From Candidatus Borrarchaeum weybense (GTDB taxonomy: Archaea; Asgardarchaeota; Sifarchaeia; Borrarchaeales; Borrarchaeaceae), in NCBI GenBank assembly GCA_019057385.1, contig JAHQJS010000008.1, positions 96,001-160,000 on the forward strand: a stretch of 64,000 bases of DNA, written 5' to 3'. The notes beneath the pieces are model-generated. The model saw nothing but the letters and a program-made list of their open reading frames with translations. It ran no database searches and was not told the origin of the DNA. Positions 48,835 through 59,604 of the stretch are shown piece by piece; the first letter of the stretch is position 1; each line of letters starts with the position of its first letter. The position numbers and the translations under genes were made by a program.

Positions 48835-49236
48835 ATGATGAGAAGGTTTCGCCGATCTTCAAAAGGACAAATCCTATTATTGTCTGCTATCATAGTTTGC
48901 ATTCTTCTGTTCGCAGTTGGAGGCTTTCTTGCAGACGCTTCCACGAAGAGACCTCCAAGGGAAACAGAGGATATATACTTTGTATTTGCAAACATAAAAG
49001 CAGAAACCGAACAAGCTGGAGAACGTGCTTTACGTGATGATTCTGAATCTTATTTGAGCGATTGGACCGAGAGAGTAAATGCTTATATCGAAGAATTAGG
49101 CTACAGTGGATTTTTAAGTTATGAAGATTGGACAAGAACCGCGGAAGAATGGTCCGTAGATTTTGTCTTTATTATGCAGTCTACAGATACGATCTTACAA
49201 GATAGATTCACTGCCAGTGTTCCCCCTGGCGGTTAA
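48835..49236 (+). CDS. Minor pilin
   Basis: SKG|QILLL plus hydrophobic helix. Confidence 0.75.
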   Translation: MMRRFRRSSKGQILLLSAIIVCILLFAVGGFLADASTKRPPRETEDIYFVFANIKAETEQAGERALRDDSESYLSDWTERVNAYIEELGYSGFLSYEDWTRTAEEWSVDFVFIMQSTDTILQDRFTASVPPGG

Positions 49237-49320
49237 ATACACATAATTAAAACATGCTTTATCCAAATGATACAAATACAATTGAATGCATCGAAGAAAT
49301 GATTCCACGAGAGGATATCA

Positions 49321-50232
49321 ATGAAAAAATTCCTGAAAAGTAAAAAAGGAGTAAGTCCCGTCATTTCGACGATATTAATCTTCAGTATATTAATGACAGG
49401 AGTCATTCTCACCTATAGTTGGGGGCTTCCTCTTGTTCTTGTCTTTCAGGATAAATCAGAAGTAAATGATGTAGAAAATCAGTTTTATGAACTTGATCGA
49501 AATATCAAAATCGTGACACATGAAGGCGATGGTGCTACAAGATCTACTCAATTTGAATTCAAAAAAGGTTTACTGAACTACACGAGTAGTAGTAATTTCA
49601 GTCTTATCGTGGTATCTGGTGATTCTCCCGATTTTGCAGATCCAGATGCTATAATCAGAGGTCTTGATGATTCTGGTATACCTGATCTTGGAAGAATGTC
49701 TTATGTTGTGCAGAGTTCAATGGACGATCTTGCGATAAATTCTAGCACTGCTTTGACTGGAGCGGTAGATGCGTATCCAATTTTAAATGTGACGGAAGGA
49801 GCACGCGATGCTGGGCTTTATCCGGCGTTTGAAGAAGCAGATCAAAATCAGGATATTAGCAGGATTGTATATACGCGACCAGAATCATCATTCTATTCTC
49901 TTTACCTGGAATACCGACCAATACTCGTAATTACTGCCCAAAAATCAGACGGGAGAATCGATTGGCTTGATGTGGAGCTACATTTAATTGAATTAGACAA
50001 TGTTGGTTCTTTTCCTGAAGTTGGATCAACAAAAATAATCGTGAAACGTATAGATATCATACGCGATTCATGGTCAAGTGTTTCGACCAATATTCAAGAT
50101 CAAGATCAGGTTTATCTATATGCACTTGTTGATGGAGTATACCAGCAACTCACACTCGATTTTGAAGTTACTGGAGACTTTGAATTTCGCCAACGTAGTG
50201 TAATCACACAAATACAAATTTATGATGCTTAA
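49321..50232 (+). CDS. Pilin-like protein
   Basis: KKG|VSPVISTILI. Confidence 0.8.
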   Translation: MKKFLKSKKGVSPVISTILIFSILMTGVILTYSWGLPLVLVFQDKSEVNDVENQFYELDRNIKIVTHEGDGATRSTQFEFKKGLLNYTSSSNFSLIVVSGDSPDFADPDAIIRGLDDSGIPDLGRMSYVVQSSMDDLAINSSTALTGAVDAYPILNVTEGARDAGLYPAFEEADQNQDISRIVYTRPESSFYSLYLEYRPILVITAQKSDGRIDWLDVELHLIELDNVGSFPEVGSTKIIVKRIDIIRDSWSSVSTNIQDQDQVYLYALVDGVYQQLTLDFEVTGDFEFRQRSVITQIQIYDA

Positions 50233-51016
50233 AAGGAGTGACGTGACAAAATTGAGACTAACTAAACGCAAAGATGCGGTTAGCCCTGTTGTAGCAACAA
50301 TACTACTCACGGCAATTATGATCGGAGGTATTACAGTAGCATACTCTGTAGGCGCTCCTCTCGTCACAGATTTTCAAGATAGGTCAACCGTTAACAATGT
50401 AGTTAATGATCTTTATGTAGCCGATAGTAATATCAGAGCCACTATACACGATGGTGTAAGTGGACAAAGAGTCACACAGTTCTCACTTGATCGTGGTTCA
50501 CTTCATTTTGACGAAGGCACGAATGCATCTCTAGAGATAAGAGGCGGCCCAAGTCCTGAGTATTTAACGATTGGAACAGTAGGTAGTCTAAGATATAGAC
50601 TAAGGAGTTCAATGACCGAATTACCTATACAAGGAAGCCGTTCTTTTACTGGTGCTATCAGCCAGTTTGTATATACTAATGATACAGCTACGAATAGCGA
50701 AATTGCCGTAATTAATTATACAAGACCTTCATTTGGTATATACCAAATCTCTTTGGAATATAGACCAAGACTCTACATAGACGATAATACTCAGACGCTC
50801 TACATCTATACTATTCGACTAATTGATGAAGATAATAGCTTTCCCCGTGTTGGATCACCAAGAATTACTTCTACATTTGTAAATCTGACAATTGTAGAAT
50901 CAAATTACAACGTAGGCGCTAACTGGGCTGTCTACGAAGGTGAAACGCAAATTACTGCTCAAAGAGCTTATAATAGTATAACCGTAAAAGTATTGTATTA
51001 TTATGTTGAAATCTGA
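50222..51016 (+). CDS. Pilin-like protein (paralog of the upstream gene)
   Basis: KDA|VSPVVATILL; shares FQD.S.VN, YTRP, LEYRP with 49321-50232. Confidence 0.8.
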   Translation: MMLKRSDVTKLRLTKRKDAVSPVVATILLTAIMIGGITVAYSVGAPLVTDFQDRSTVNNVVNDLYVADSNIRATIHDGVSGQRVTQFSLDRGSLHFDEGTNASLEIRGGPSPEYLTIGTVGSLRYRLRSSMTELPIQGSRSFTGAISQFVYTNDTATNSEIAVINYTRPSFGIYQISLEYRPRLYIDDNTQTLYIYTIRLIDEDNSFPRVGSPRITSTFVNLTIVESNYNVGANWAVYEGETQITAQRAYNSITVKVLYYYVEI

Positions 51017-51033
51017 TATGAGGATAGATTGAA

Positions 51034-51942
51034 ATGCCACACGAATGGGTATCCACTCTTACCGTAATGGCACTTAGTGTACTTGTTCTTTCATCGGTTA
51101 CATTAACTACACAACAGTACGTATTCAATTTAGAGGATGCATTAGCAGAGGATAAATTACAAGACCTTACAGATGAGATTGCAACAAAAGTTATTTCACT
51201 CTATAACATTGGACATAAAAGTGACGCTGACCCTTCGGATTCAGATCCTATTATTGATATTGCAAATACTAGATTAACATTATTAGAGCGAACAATAGGC
51301 AATTCTTTTTACCGTGTAGTATTAAATAATTCTACTGGTACTATTGAAGCCTATTTATCAAATGATCCAAGTGTTAGGGCCAGTACATCCCTTCAAGGAA
51401 TCAATCATCAAGTAGATCTGAGTGGGGATGCATGGAGTGGCAATAATACCTTTATTTGGTATCAAAAAAGGCTTAATCAAAAGGATTTGATTTCAATAAA
51501 TAATGGAGTGTTCGAATTTTTCCAGTTATCATTAGATACTTTGCCAGAAGATATGTTTGCCTTTTGGATAGAGCCTCCAAGTTTTAGAACCACAGGAATA
51601 GTAATGAATATTACGAATATTGGCACCAATGATGTTGATGTTTATTGGGTTGAACTTAGGGCTGAAGGAGGAAATGCTTATTTTAGTATAAATTCAGACG
51701 ATCCTCCATCAGGAGCGTGGGCAATTGAAGCAGGAACTCAAGAAGAGTTTAGTTTATATTTTGGTCCTCCAGGCCAAGCACCCCCGACCTATCTTGAACC
51801 ATACGACAGAGCAGCGTTTCCAAACTTCTTAGACGAAGGTGACGAGTTAACAATTATCTTTTATTTTGATCAAGTCACATTAGCCAATCTCGCATCTTCA
51901 GATAGCCAAGAGTTTACAGTAACCGTTCCTGCTCCTCCTTAG
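51034..51942 (+). CDS. Pilin-like or membrane-anchored protein ending the operon
   Basis: N-terminal hydrophobic helix without a basic leader; beta-rich C-terminus. Confidence 0.6.
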   Translation: MPHEWVSTLTVMALSVLVLSSVTLTTQQYVFNLEDALAEDKLQDLTDEIATKVISLYNIGHKSDADPSDSDPIIDIANTRLTLLERTIGNSFYRVVLNNSTGTIEAYLSNDPSVRASTSLQGINHQVDLSGDAWSGNNTFIWYQKRLNQKDLISINNGVFEFFQLSLDTLPEDMFAFWIEPPSFRTTGIVMNITNIGTNDVDVYWVELRAEGGNAYFSINSDDPPSGAWAIEAGTQEEFSLYFGPPGQAPPTYLEPYDRAAFPNFLDEGDELTIIFYFDQVTLANLASSDSQEFTVTVPAPP

Positions 51943-52001
51943 TAGCGGTTCTCTAGGCTATTTTTCTTTTTAAAATAACAAATAATTCCAGTTCTTCTAC
52001 A

Positions 52002-53222
52002 TCATCTTTTATTGTAGAGCATGAAAATATGTTCAACCATCGTTTTTACAGCATTGAATTTTAGTGCTTGTTTTCTAATCGCCTTTGCCATGTTCCCAAA
52101 AGAGGGCGTGGTTAAAATAGTGTTTATTGCCTTTAAAAGTGATTTTTTGGATACATGTGACTGAGAAATGACTAAACTAAGACCAAGTCTTCTAACAGAG
52201 TTTGCGTTATCTATTTTTTCAGGATGAGATGGTGTGGGAATGATTATCATTGGTTTTCCAAAGTATAGACATTCTGAAGTTGTATTATGACCACCTCTAT
52301 GAATAACTATATCGCAGATTCTGTAGATAGGAGTTCTTGTTTCAATCCAGCCATAAATCTTCACATTTTCTCGAATAATTGGCTTGAAATTTCTACGTCC
52401 AATTGTCACGAAAAACTGGAATGTTTTTGGAAATGATTGAAAAATCTCTCTAAATTTTTCAGTAATTGCCTTTTTTTCTTTGGGTGTCCCACTTAAGCCT
52501 AAAAATATAAGTGGTAGTTCATTTAGATCAAAAGAACGCCTAAAAGCGACATCCTCTCGTTTATTGCTTAGAGCATTTAGGTTTATATCGATTATAGGGC
52601 CAATGAATTCGGCGCGTTTGTAAAATGAAGAATATACATTCACCTGTGATTTAGCAATTGTAAATGGATAGGGAAAATCAGGAACATATATTTTCTTACT
52701 TATCCGCCATACTACGCTTAGACACGCAACGAGGCTATATTCCAGCAATTTCTTTAAAATTCTTCGGATTTTTGAAAGTTCTTTTACATGAGGTAGAATG
52801 ACTTTCATTTGCTGTAAAATAAGAAGACAGGGTCGACCAAGAAGCCACGATGCAATTACTGTAGATATACGAGAATCTGTAATAATGGTGTCTGGATTGA
52901 TGCGTTTAATTAATCTTATTTCTTTACAGATTTGTCTTAACAATGCTGAGATATGTATTATTGGTCGTGTTGTGGTTTTTACAAAATCAGGAGACCCGTC
53001 TGGTAACTCAAAATATTTTATTGCAGGTCCTCTTTCAACAGGAAAATTATGGGACTTAACAAAATTTACTGCTTCTCCATTAGTAGAAAAGAAACAAAAT
53101 GCGCCAAGGTCACGTAGTTTTTTAGCTATAGTAATTAAGCGACCTGCATGACCTAATCCAATGCCGCATGGTGCAAGATAGATTTTTGGTCTCATATTTG
53201 GTTTAATGCTGGGTGTTTTCAT
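52002..53222 (-). CDS. GT-B glycosyltransferase (family 28/MurG-like)
   Basis: GIGLGHAGR, HRGGHNT.SE, HPE..DNA. Confidence 0.85.
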   Translation of the reverse strand: MKTPSIKPNMRPKIYLAPCGIGLGHAGRLITIAKKLRDLGAFCFFSTNGEAVNFVKSHNFPVERGPAIKYFELPDGSPDFVKTTTRPIIHISALLRQICKEIRLIKRINPDTIITDSRISTVIASWLLGRPCLLILQQMKVILPHVKELSKIRRILKKLLEYSLVACLSVVWRISKKIYVPDFPYPFTIAKSQVNVYSSFYKRAEFIGPIIDINLNALSNKREDVAFRRSFDLNELPLIFLGLSGTPKEKKAITEKFREIFQSFPKTFQFFVTIGRRNFKPIIRENVKIYGWIETRTPIYRICDIVIHRGGHNTTSECLYFGKPMIIIPTPSHPEKIDNANSVRRLGLSLVISQSHVSKKSLLKAINTILTTPSFGNMAKAIRKQALKFNAVKTMVEHIFMLYNKR

Positions 53223-53230
53223 GATTATCT

Positions 53231-53836
53231 CTATTTTAAAGTTCTCTTAACAACTTGACCTTTCGGCTTGGTTTCTTCAAAAACCTCTGCCTGAAATCTA
53301 GAAATCTCCACTTTTTCATCACAGATCCATTCATCTGGAGTTAATCCTGCCTTCACACAACATTGCGACAAAAATTGTTCCTCATTCCATTCCCAGTCTA
53401 CCGCAACTTGTGGTAGCAAAAGTCCTGAGAAAAAATCTTTTCTGACTATTAATCCATCTTTGCCGACTTCAATTTCGTTTGGATAGTCTTTTGGATCTTT
53501 TACTTCGATTTTTTCTGGAGGAGTTAGAACTGTGATTTCAATTAGAAGGTGATTCAGTTCTTTACGAGTTACTGGGGGAAATCGGGGGTCTCTAGTAGCA
53601 GCATTTATCGCTGAGCCTATTGTAGCCTTTATCAATGGAAAAACTGGCTCTGGATATCCTATACATCCCCTAAGATTGCCTTCTAAAGTATGAAGTGATG
53701 TAAAAACACCACATTTCCGGGTTAACTTCTCAGGTGCATCTATAGGAGGCTTAATTTCTTTACCAGTTTCAAGATATGATTCCATAGATTTCCTAGCCAA
53801 TTTTATGAGATATTCTCCATCTTGGAGCTCAAACAT
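53231..53836 (-). CDS. AMMECR1 / TIGR00296 family protein
   Basis: LRGCIG, DPRF, GLLLPQV, KAGL. Confidence 0.93.
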   Translation of the reverse strand: MFELQDGEYLIKLARKSMESYLETGKEIKPPIDAPEKLTRKCGVFTSLHTLEGNLRGCIGYPEPVFPLIKATIGSAINAATRDPRFPPVTRKELNHLLIEITVLTPPEKIEVKDPKDYPNEIEVGKDGLIVRKDFFSGLLLPQVAVDWEWNEEQFLSQCCVKAGLTPDEWICDEKVEISRFQAEVFEETKPKGQVVKRTLK

Positions 53837-53883
53837 TTCTAACTCACCTTCACCTTGCCTACATCTTTATGAAACCTTTTAGT

Positions 53884-54375
53884 TTAAATAGATGAGCCGA
53901 TCTCTTCAATTATCTTCCTCATCGATTCGTAATGCTTTCCAATCCAATAAATCTTCCTGCACTGAATACATTGCCAAAATTGATCATATCTTGTGAACGT
54001 TGAAGACGGGATTTTTGATCGAATACTTTCTTTTTCAACGGAGGTTATTTTACCATTACAGAGTGGACATCGTGAACTGGATGGATCTATATCAAATTGT
54101 ATATTAAAAGTCTTTGAAAGGAATGCTAATACTTCACTATTCGAACTTGCAGGAATCAATACCGAGTTTAATTCTTCTCTTATTGCCTGCTGATGTAATT
54201 TCTTATCTCTTGTAAGTAAGAATCTGTTTTCGCTGCGAGTTCTCTCTAGCAATTCTTCGTCAGACACAATTTTAAAATAGAGTGTATCGAGTCCAACAAG
54301 TCTTAACCACCGTGCTAAACGTCCGAGCATTGAATCTACAACGAATTTAGGGGACGATTTTTCCAACTTTTGCAC
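53884..54375 (-). CDS. Mut7-C RNase (PIN-like plus Zn ribbon) protein
   Basis: DSMLGRLARWLR..G.DT, LTRD, RCPLCN, CIQC.KIYW.G.H. Confidence 0.92.
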   Translation of the reverse strand: MQKLEKSSPKFVVDSMLGRLARWLRLVGLDTLYFKIVSDEELLERTRSENRFLLTRDKKLHQQAIREELNSVLIPASSNSEVLAFLSKTFNIQFDIDPSSSRCPLCNGKITSVEKESIRSKIPSSTFTRYDQFWQCIQCRKIYWIGKHYESMRKIIEEIGSSI

Positions 54376-55693
54376 TCTCTTGTATTTGCTTATCCTGCAT
54401 GACTATTTGCCCATTTACTATTGTCATTGAGGGAATAGCACGGATCTCATGTCCCTTAAATGGAGAAAATTTCGCCTTAGAGTAAAAATCATCTGGATTT
54501 ATTTTCTTTCTGATCTTTGTGTTTATTATGGTTAGATTTGCGATGTATCCCTCTTCAATTTTTCCGGTGTTACCAAGATTAAATATCTGTGCAGGTCTTT
54601 CCGATGTGAGCATAACAAAGCGATCTAGTGAAAGACGGTCATTTAGTACTTCAGTCATCATTATTGGTACTAATGTTTCCACTCCTGGTATGCCTGAGGG
54701 TGCTTCTGAAAATGACTTAGACTTCTCGACAAGAGAATGAGGTGCATGATCACTCGCTAAAATATCGATTTCACCATTTTTTAGCCCTTCCCATAACCCA
54801 TCCACCTCTGTTTGTGAACGGAGTGGAGGGAGCATTTTTCCCCAACTTTTCCATTTGAATATATCATCTTCAGAAAGCAATAAATGATGTGGTAATACTT
54901 CGCAAGTAATATGTGGATTTAATCCCCGTTCTTCCTTAATTGTTTCTAAACTTTGTTTCGTAGTTATATGGCAAATATGCAATTTGTTTTTAGATACTAA
55001 TGAGAGCTTGCAAAATCTTTTTATTGATTCTATTTCGGATTGTGTGTCGTGAGTTCTTAAAAAGTCACTAATCTGTTCTTTTTCATCAATAAGAAGCGAT
55101 ATTTGCTTCTGATCCCCTTTGAATGTATCAGGATGAATGCATATAGGAAGATTATATGATGAAACCACTTTAAGAAATTCCAAGAGCACATTATCATCAT
55201 TTAAATCTACTGAAGAAATAGGCATATGTGGATATATTTTAAATCCAACAGTCTTTTCCCTGACTAGATTTTCTATATCATCTATTGATTCAGGTAGTCC
55301 TGAAAAAAATCCAACATTGGTAAAAATATTGTCTTTGGCCTGTTGTTTTTTCTCTTGTAATCGTATAGCATTGATTGTTGGTGGCTTAGTATTTGGCATA
55401 TCTAGGACGGTGGTCACTCCGCCCATAGCCGCAGCTTTTGTACCTGTCAGAAAGGTTTCCTTATATGCTAATTGAAAATCTCTTAGATGAACATGGGCGT
55501 CAATAATACCTGGTATGACTAACTGACCATTTAGATTTAGAGTTGTGTCAGCTTGTGGGAGTTTTGGTTCTTTCCCTATCTTTGTTATTACGCCATCTTC
55601 AATTACAAGTCCACCGCTGAAAAAAGCATGGCGAGTAAAGATTTTTGCATTTGTGATTTTAAGAGAGGTCTGCAAACAAGATCCTTTCCACAA
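54347..55693 (-). CDS. pyrC: Dihydroorotase
   Basis: DAHVHLRD, GGVTTVLDMPNT, HICH, PHHL, PPLR, SDHAPH. Confidence 0.88.
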   Translation of the reverse strand: MWKGSCLQTSLKITNAKIFTRHAFFSGGLVIEDGVITKIGKEPKLPQADTTLNLNGQLVIPGIIDAHVHLRDFQLAYKETFLTGTKAAAMGGVTTVLDMPNTKPPTINAIRLQEKKQQAKDNIFTNVGFFSGLPESIDDIENLVREKTVGFKIYPHMPISSVDLNDDNVLLEFLKVVSSYNLPICIHPDTFKGDQKQISLLIDEKEQISDFLRTHDTQSEIESIKRFCKLSLVSKNKLHICHITTKQSLETIKEERGLNPHITCEVLPHHLLLSEDDIFKWKSWGKMLPPLRSQTEVDGLWEGLKNGEIDILASDHAPHSLVEKSKSFSEAPSGIPGVETLVPIMMTEVLNDRLSLDRFVMLTSERPAQIFNLGNTGKIEEGYIANLTIINTKIRKKINPDDFYSKAKFSPFKGHEIRAIPSMTIVNGQIVMQDKQIQESAKVGKIVP

Positions 55694-55735
55694 CTCTCTA
55701 AATATATAAGAAACGATTTGAACCTTTATCAGTCT

Positions 55736-56554
55736 TTAATCTGTTTGAAATTTATTAGCAACCAATTCAGTCATATCTGTTTTTGTTACAATCCCTATTA
55801 GGTCCTCAGATTCATCAAACACTGGTATCCCTTTTAATCCTTCGTTTAACATGAATTCTGCGGCTTCAGATACTGTTGCATCTGGTTTCAGAGAAGGAGG
55901 TGCCGTATTCATAACTTGATTCACTAAAAAATGGCGTATGCGTTCACTCTGGTGCTGTTTAGGGGTGGCTTCCCTGAACCTTGCTAAAGCCTTAGCAATT
56001 GAGTTATAATCAACAATTCCTACTAATTCACCTTCTTCAAAAACCGGCAGAGTACTAACTCTGTTCTCAAACATAATTTTACGTGCGTGAATTACCCTGT
56101 CTGTCGAATTTATATAATAGGGATTTTGAGTCATAATTTGACTAACTTGGATTGTATCAACTTTTGAGCAAAGTCGTACCATATCCATCTTTGTAATTAT
56201 TCCAACAAGCTCTTCTGTCTCATCTGTTTTTATTGTCACGGCTAAAGAACCAATCTTTTCTTTTAACATTAGATTCGCGGCATCTTCAACATCAATATCC
56301 GATTCAGTTGTGATTAAATTTGTAGACATAGCACTGGAAATATGGAGTCCTGCTGGGCTTATTCTCTCGGTTTTGGTTGAACCTAGTCTATCCGCAATGT
56401 CTCTTATAGAGACAACTCCAACTAGTTTATCGTCATCAGTAACAATTATGTGCGCAATTCCATTCTTCTCCATCTTTTCTAAGGCCTCAGACAAGAGTTG
56501 ATCTTTATCGATAGTATGCACGTTTTTATCTTTCAATATAGCTTCGATTTTCAT
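55736..56554 (-). CDS. Four-CBS-domain protein
   Basis: Repeated LVGI(V/I)T..D CBS motifs. Confidence 0.9.
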   Translation of the reverse strand: MKIEAILKDKNVHTIDKDQLLSEALEKMEKNGIAHIIVTDDDKLVGVVSIRDIADRLGSTKTERISPAGLHISSAMSTNLITTESDIDVEDAANLMLKEKIGSLAVTIKTDETEELVGIITKMDMVRLCSKVDTIQVSQIMTQNPYYINSTDRVIHARKIMFENRVSTLPVFEEGELVGIVDYNSIAKALARFREATPKQHQSERIRHFLVNQVMNTAPPSLKPDATVSEAAEFMLNEGLKGIPVFDESEDLIGIVTKTDMTELVANKFQTD

Positions 56555-56631
56555 CGGTTTATCCTCCAGAATATCATATTGTATTTCGTTTGATGGGTAT
56601 TAAACATTCATACAGTAACAAATTCTGTATC

Positions 56632-56883
56632 GTGAACTACCATCCAACAAGTTGAATGGCTTCCTGAATCATTCATCTCCCAGCGGAGCATGTCAAACAG
56701 GCTCAACGGGCAGTTCCTGCCCTGAACTTGATGTTAATTTGAGAACTGGCGAGTGTGACCTCAGCTCAATTCTACTTACTCTCTAGGTGCACATACCTAT
56801 TTAAAGATTGTAGACTGTTGTAAAAGTGAAAACACGCACTTCATCCCCCAACTAGTTGGGGGGGGTCTTCTTGTGAGACACTC
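56632..56883 (-). mobile_element. Non-autonomous TnpB-type element with omega-RNA end, no ORF
   Basis: Minus strand: CCCCAACTAGTTGGGGGATGAA left end, TTTAAATA, GGGCAG-GAA-CTGCCC-GTTGAGCCTGT...CAGGAAGCC-hairpin-GGTAGTTCAC. Confidence 0.78.
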
Positions 56884-56975
56884 ATACAAACATAACTAGT
56901 ATCTCATCAAAATCTTTTAGAGGTTGTTTCTTAACTGTTTATGAAATTTATCTAAAAAACTATCTTTGTGATTTA

Positions 56976-58115
56976 ATGAACTTTGATGTTGTTATTGTGA
57001 GATATTCTGGAGAAATTGGAATTAAAGGAAAACAAACTAGAAAATGGATGGAAAAAATACTTACAGATAACATCAGAATAAAACTTGAAAAAGAAGAACT
57101 TGACGTAAAAGAAATCATTCGCAAATATGGTAGGATCTACATATATGGTAAAAACCCAAAAGCGATAAGCAAAACTGTTTCGAACGTGTTTGGAGTTGTT
57201 TCGACAAGCCCAGCAATAATAGTTGACTCAGATGTAGATGAGATCTGTAAAACTTCCAGAAAGGTCGCAGAAGAAATCTTAGATGCAGGCGATTCTTTTA
57301 GAATTACTACTAGGCGAGTTGGTACACATCCCTTTACTTCAGAGGATATCTCTATCAAGGCTGGCGCGGCAGTACTCGATCAAATGTCTGGAAAGGGAGT
57401 TTCTGTAAATTTAAATACCCCCGACAAGCAAATTTTTATTGAAATTAGACATGAAATGGCATACCTATTTCATGAAGTAATAAGTGCAGTAGGAGGTATG
57501 CCTACTGGCACTCAGGGAAAAATTGCGATTATAATCTCGTGTGATGAGTTAGGCTGGATTGCAGCCTTCTTAATAATGAAAAGAGGCTGTGAGCCTGTTC
57601 CTATAATCTTTAATATCCATAATTCGCTGAATAGCAGTAATCTTCCCGAAAAAATTCCTTATTTATCAGCGCTAAAAACATTTATTCCCTCTGAATTTTC
57701 AGTATTTTTAGTTCCTTTTACAGCAATCCTCGAAGAATTGAAGCAATTGATTCCCAAGGAATCATTATACCTTTTTTGCAGGAAATTACAATTACAAATT
57801 GCAGAGCATTTATGTAAACAATTTGACATGAAAGGCATAGTGACAGGTGATCTGTTAGATTGCCCAGAAAAATCTAAAATCTATAATTTGGTTGATACCA
57901 GCGTAAAACTGCCCATATATCGACCCTTAATTTCTCTTGATGCAGAAAAATTAACTAAATACAAAAACCTTTTAGGCATCAGTGGCAATGTTTCTTGCCC
58001 TTCTTTATGCAAAGATACTACTATAAGTCTCGCGAAAATTAATCAAACTAGAAAAATAACCTTTGAGAAAAGAGTTAATAGTATTATTGAAGAAATGGAT
58101 ATAATACACATTTAA
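56976..58115 (+). CDS. ThiI-like THUMP-domain protein with degenerate PP-loop
   Basis: VRYSGEIGIKG, VFGV, V.LNTPD, GGMPTGTQGK, RPLI; SGGIDS replaced by SCDELG. Confidence 0.8.
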   Translation: MNFDVVIVRYSGEIGIKGKQTRKWMEKILTDNIRIKLEKEELDVKEIIRKYGRIYIYGKNPKAISKTVSNVFGVVSTSPAIIVDSDVDEICKTSRKVAEEILDAGDSFRITTRRVGTHPFTSEDISIKAGAAVLDQMSGKGVSVNLNTPDKQIFIEIRHEMAYLFHEVISAVGGMPTGTQGKIAIIISCDELGWIAAFLIMKRGCEPVPIIFNIHNSLNSSNLPEKIPYLSALKTFIPSEFSVFLVPFTAILEELKQLIPKESLYLFCRKLQLQIAEHLCKQFDMKGIVTGDLLDCPEKSKIYNLVDTSVKLPIYRPLISLDAEKLTKYKNLLGISGNVSCPSLCKDTTISLAKINQTRKITFEKRVNSIIEEMDIIHI

Positions 58116-58119
58116 CGTA

Positions 58120-58159
58120 GACGGCGGGAAGTCCCTTCCGAGAGAGAGAAGGTAGTCAC
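58120..58159 (+). repeat. Short IS200/IS605 end remnant
   Basis: GCGGGAAGTCC (as at 36896) fused to ...GGTAGTCAC. Confidence 0.5.
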
Positions 58160-58290
58160 AAATTCACAAAGTCTGCTTCAAATTTACCCCTTGCCAACTA
58201 TTGAACTGATAGGATGAAAAAAGGATGTAATGAGGCAATTCCCCATTGGAGTATAAAGCACTGAATTTGTGAATTATAAGCACATGGAGT

Positions 58291-58779
58291 TCAGAGTATA
58301 TATGTTCCGCTAAATACCTGCGTATTTTGAGTGTCATAGAGAGTTATTGTAACAGGTTGGTTTGCTGCAAAAACATTATCAGTTATAGTCACATCGATAG
58401 TTAAGGAGTCTCCTACCGGAACGACGAAATCCTGATCAGTTGAAGCATCGTAATATATTGTCCCTGTGGAAGTTTCTCTAACAGTACTTAGAGTCCGCTC
58501 ACTTCCATCATATTCTATGATGGAAGTATCTACATCAATTGTTACTGATTGCCCACCTGTATTCCGTATAGTGAAGAATATTGTATCACCATCTAACATT
58601 GTGACATCAAGAACCTCTACCTTTGCTTGGGTAACACTACCGAGTATCCCTTGCGTGTATGCAAACACAGTAACACTTGCAGCTACGGCAATAGCTATAA
58701 GTAGGATGACTGCAATTACTGGGGAGACAGCTTTTTTCGATTTTATAATAGCTTTTAATTTGTTGGAGTAGCTATTCAT
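58291..58779 (-). CDS. Type IV pilin A (archaellin/pilin N-terminal domain)
   Basis: KSKKA|VSPVIAVILLIAIAVAAS; F.IRNTGG. Confidence 0.9.
   Translation of the reverse strand: MNSYSNKLKAIIKSKKAVSPVIAVILLIAIAVAASVTVFAYTQGILGSVTQAKVEVLDVTMLDGDTIFFTIRNTGGQSVTIDVDTSIIEYDGSERTLSTVRETSTGTIYYDASTDQDFVVPVGDSLTIDVTITDNVFAANQPVTITLYDTQNTQVFSGTYIL
58622..58692 (-). repeat. Inverted repeat arm (71 bp) in pilin A
   Basis: 70/71 identical to the reverse complement of 59692-59762. Confidence 0.95.
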
Positions 58780-58899
58780 AGTACCATCACGTTATTATTT
58801 TATTCACAATCCTCTTTATTATTTTTGTTCTTTATACTTTGGAGAATAGATGCCTAAAAACTAGTTCAGTCTTATATAAGTCTTCGATGTACATTTTAC

Positions 58900-59050
58900 T
58901 TGTAGCCAAGCGAGAAGTCTCCCCGGTTCACGGGGGAGATGAACCGCAGTAATTCCAGACTGGCTATAGAGCAGGGATGTCACCTTGAGTAATTGATTAT
59001 ATACGGGGCATAGGGAATTGACGCCTGTGGACCTGAGACCTCTGTAACCC
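58900..59050 (+). mobile_element. Truncated TnpB-type miniature element related to 60654-60855
   Basis: TTAC, left-end hairpin ...GGAGATGAA, GGATGTCAC, then TAGGGAATT.AC.CCTGTGGAC..GAGACCTC.GTAACCC. Confidence 0.65.
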
Positions 59051-59604
59051 ATAATAGGGATACTCGTAAATCAGTTTTTAAAAAAGATACACTTTGATGA
59101 AAAGGTTAATCACTTCATTGAAAGAGTAAAGCGAAAAATAATATGATGAATGCAGAATAAATGAATTTATGAACCCGTAAGACTATTTGTAAAAACTGCA
59201 GGACACGCCGATATCGGTCTTGTGCCAATTTAATCTCTAAGTCTTGAAAAGCTTAAGTTTATCTGATAATGCCAAATTACTTTTCATCCTTTTTTCCAAA
59301 AGATTTGCGATTCTTCTAGTATATTGCTGATCAAAAGTGCACTTATTTTATAAGACTTTTTAGATTTGACTCTATCCTTCGTGAAAATCTTCGTAAGGCA
59401 TCGAATTTTTCATAACATTTTAGTCAATTTACCAAAAAAAATATAATTAAGCTTTGAAGTGATTATTATTGAGGAGTTTGATAAACGAAAAATTGCTATC
59501 TGTAAAGTAGATAGACTCTTAATTCTCTTATGTCATAAGACATAAGAGAGTTGGATCAAAAAAAAAAACACAAACAACTCATAACCGAAAAAGGTGGAGA
59601 TTTA

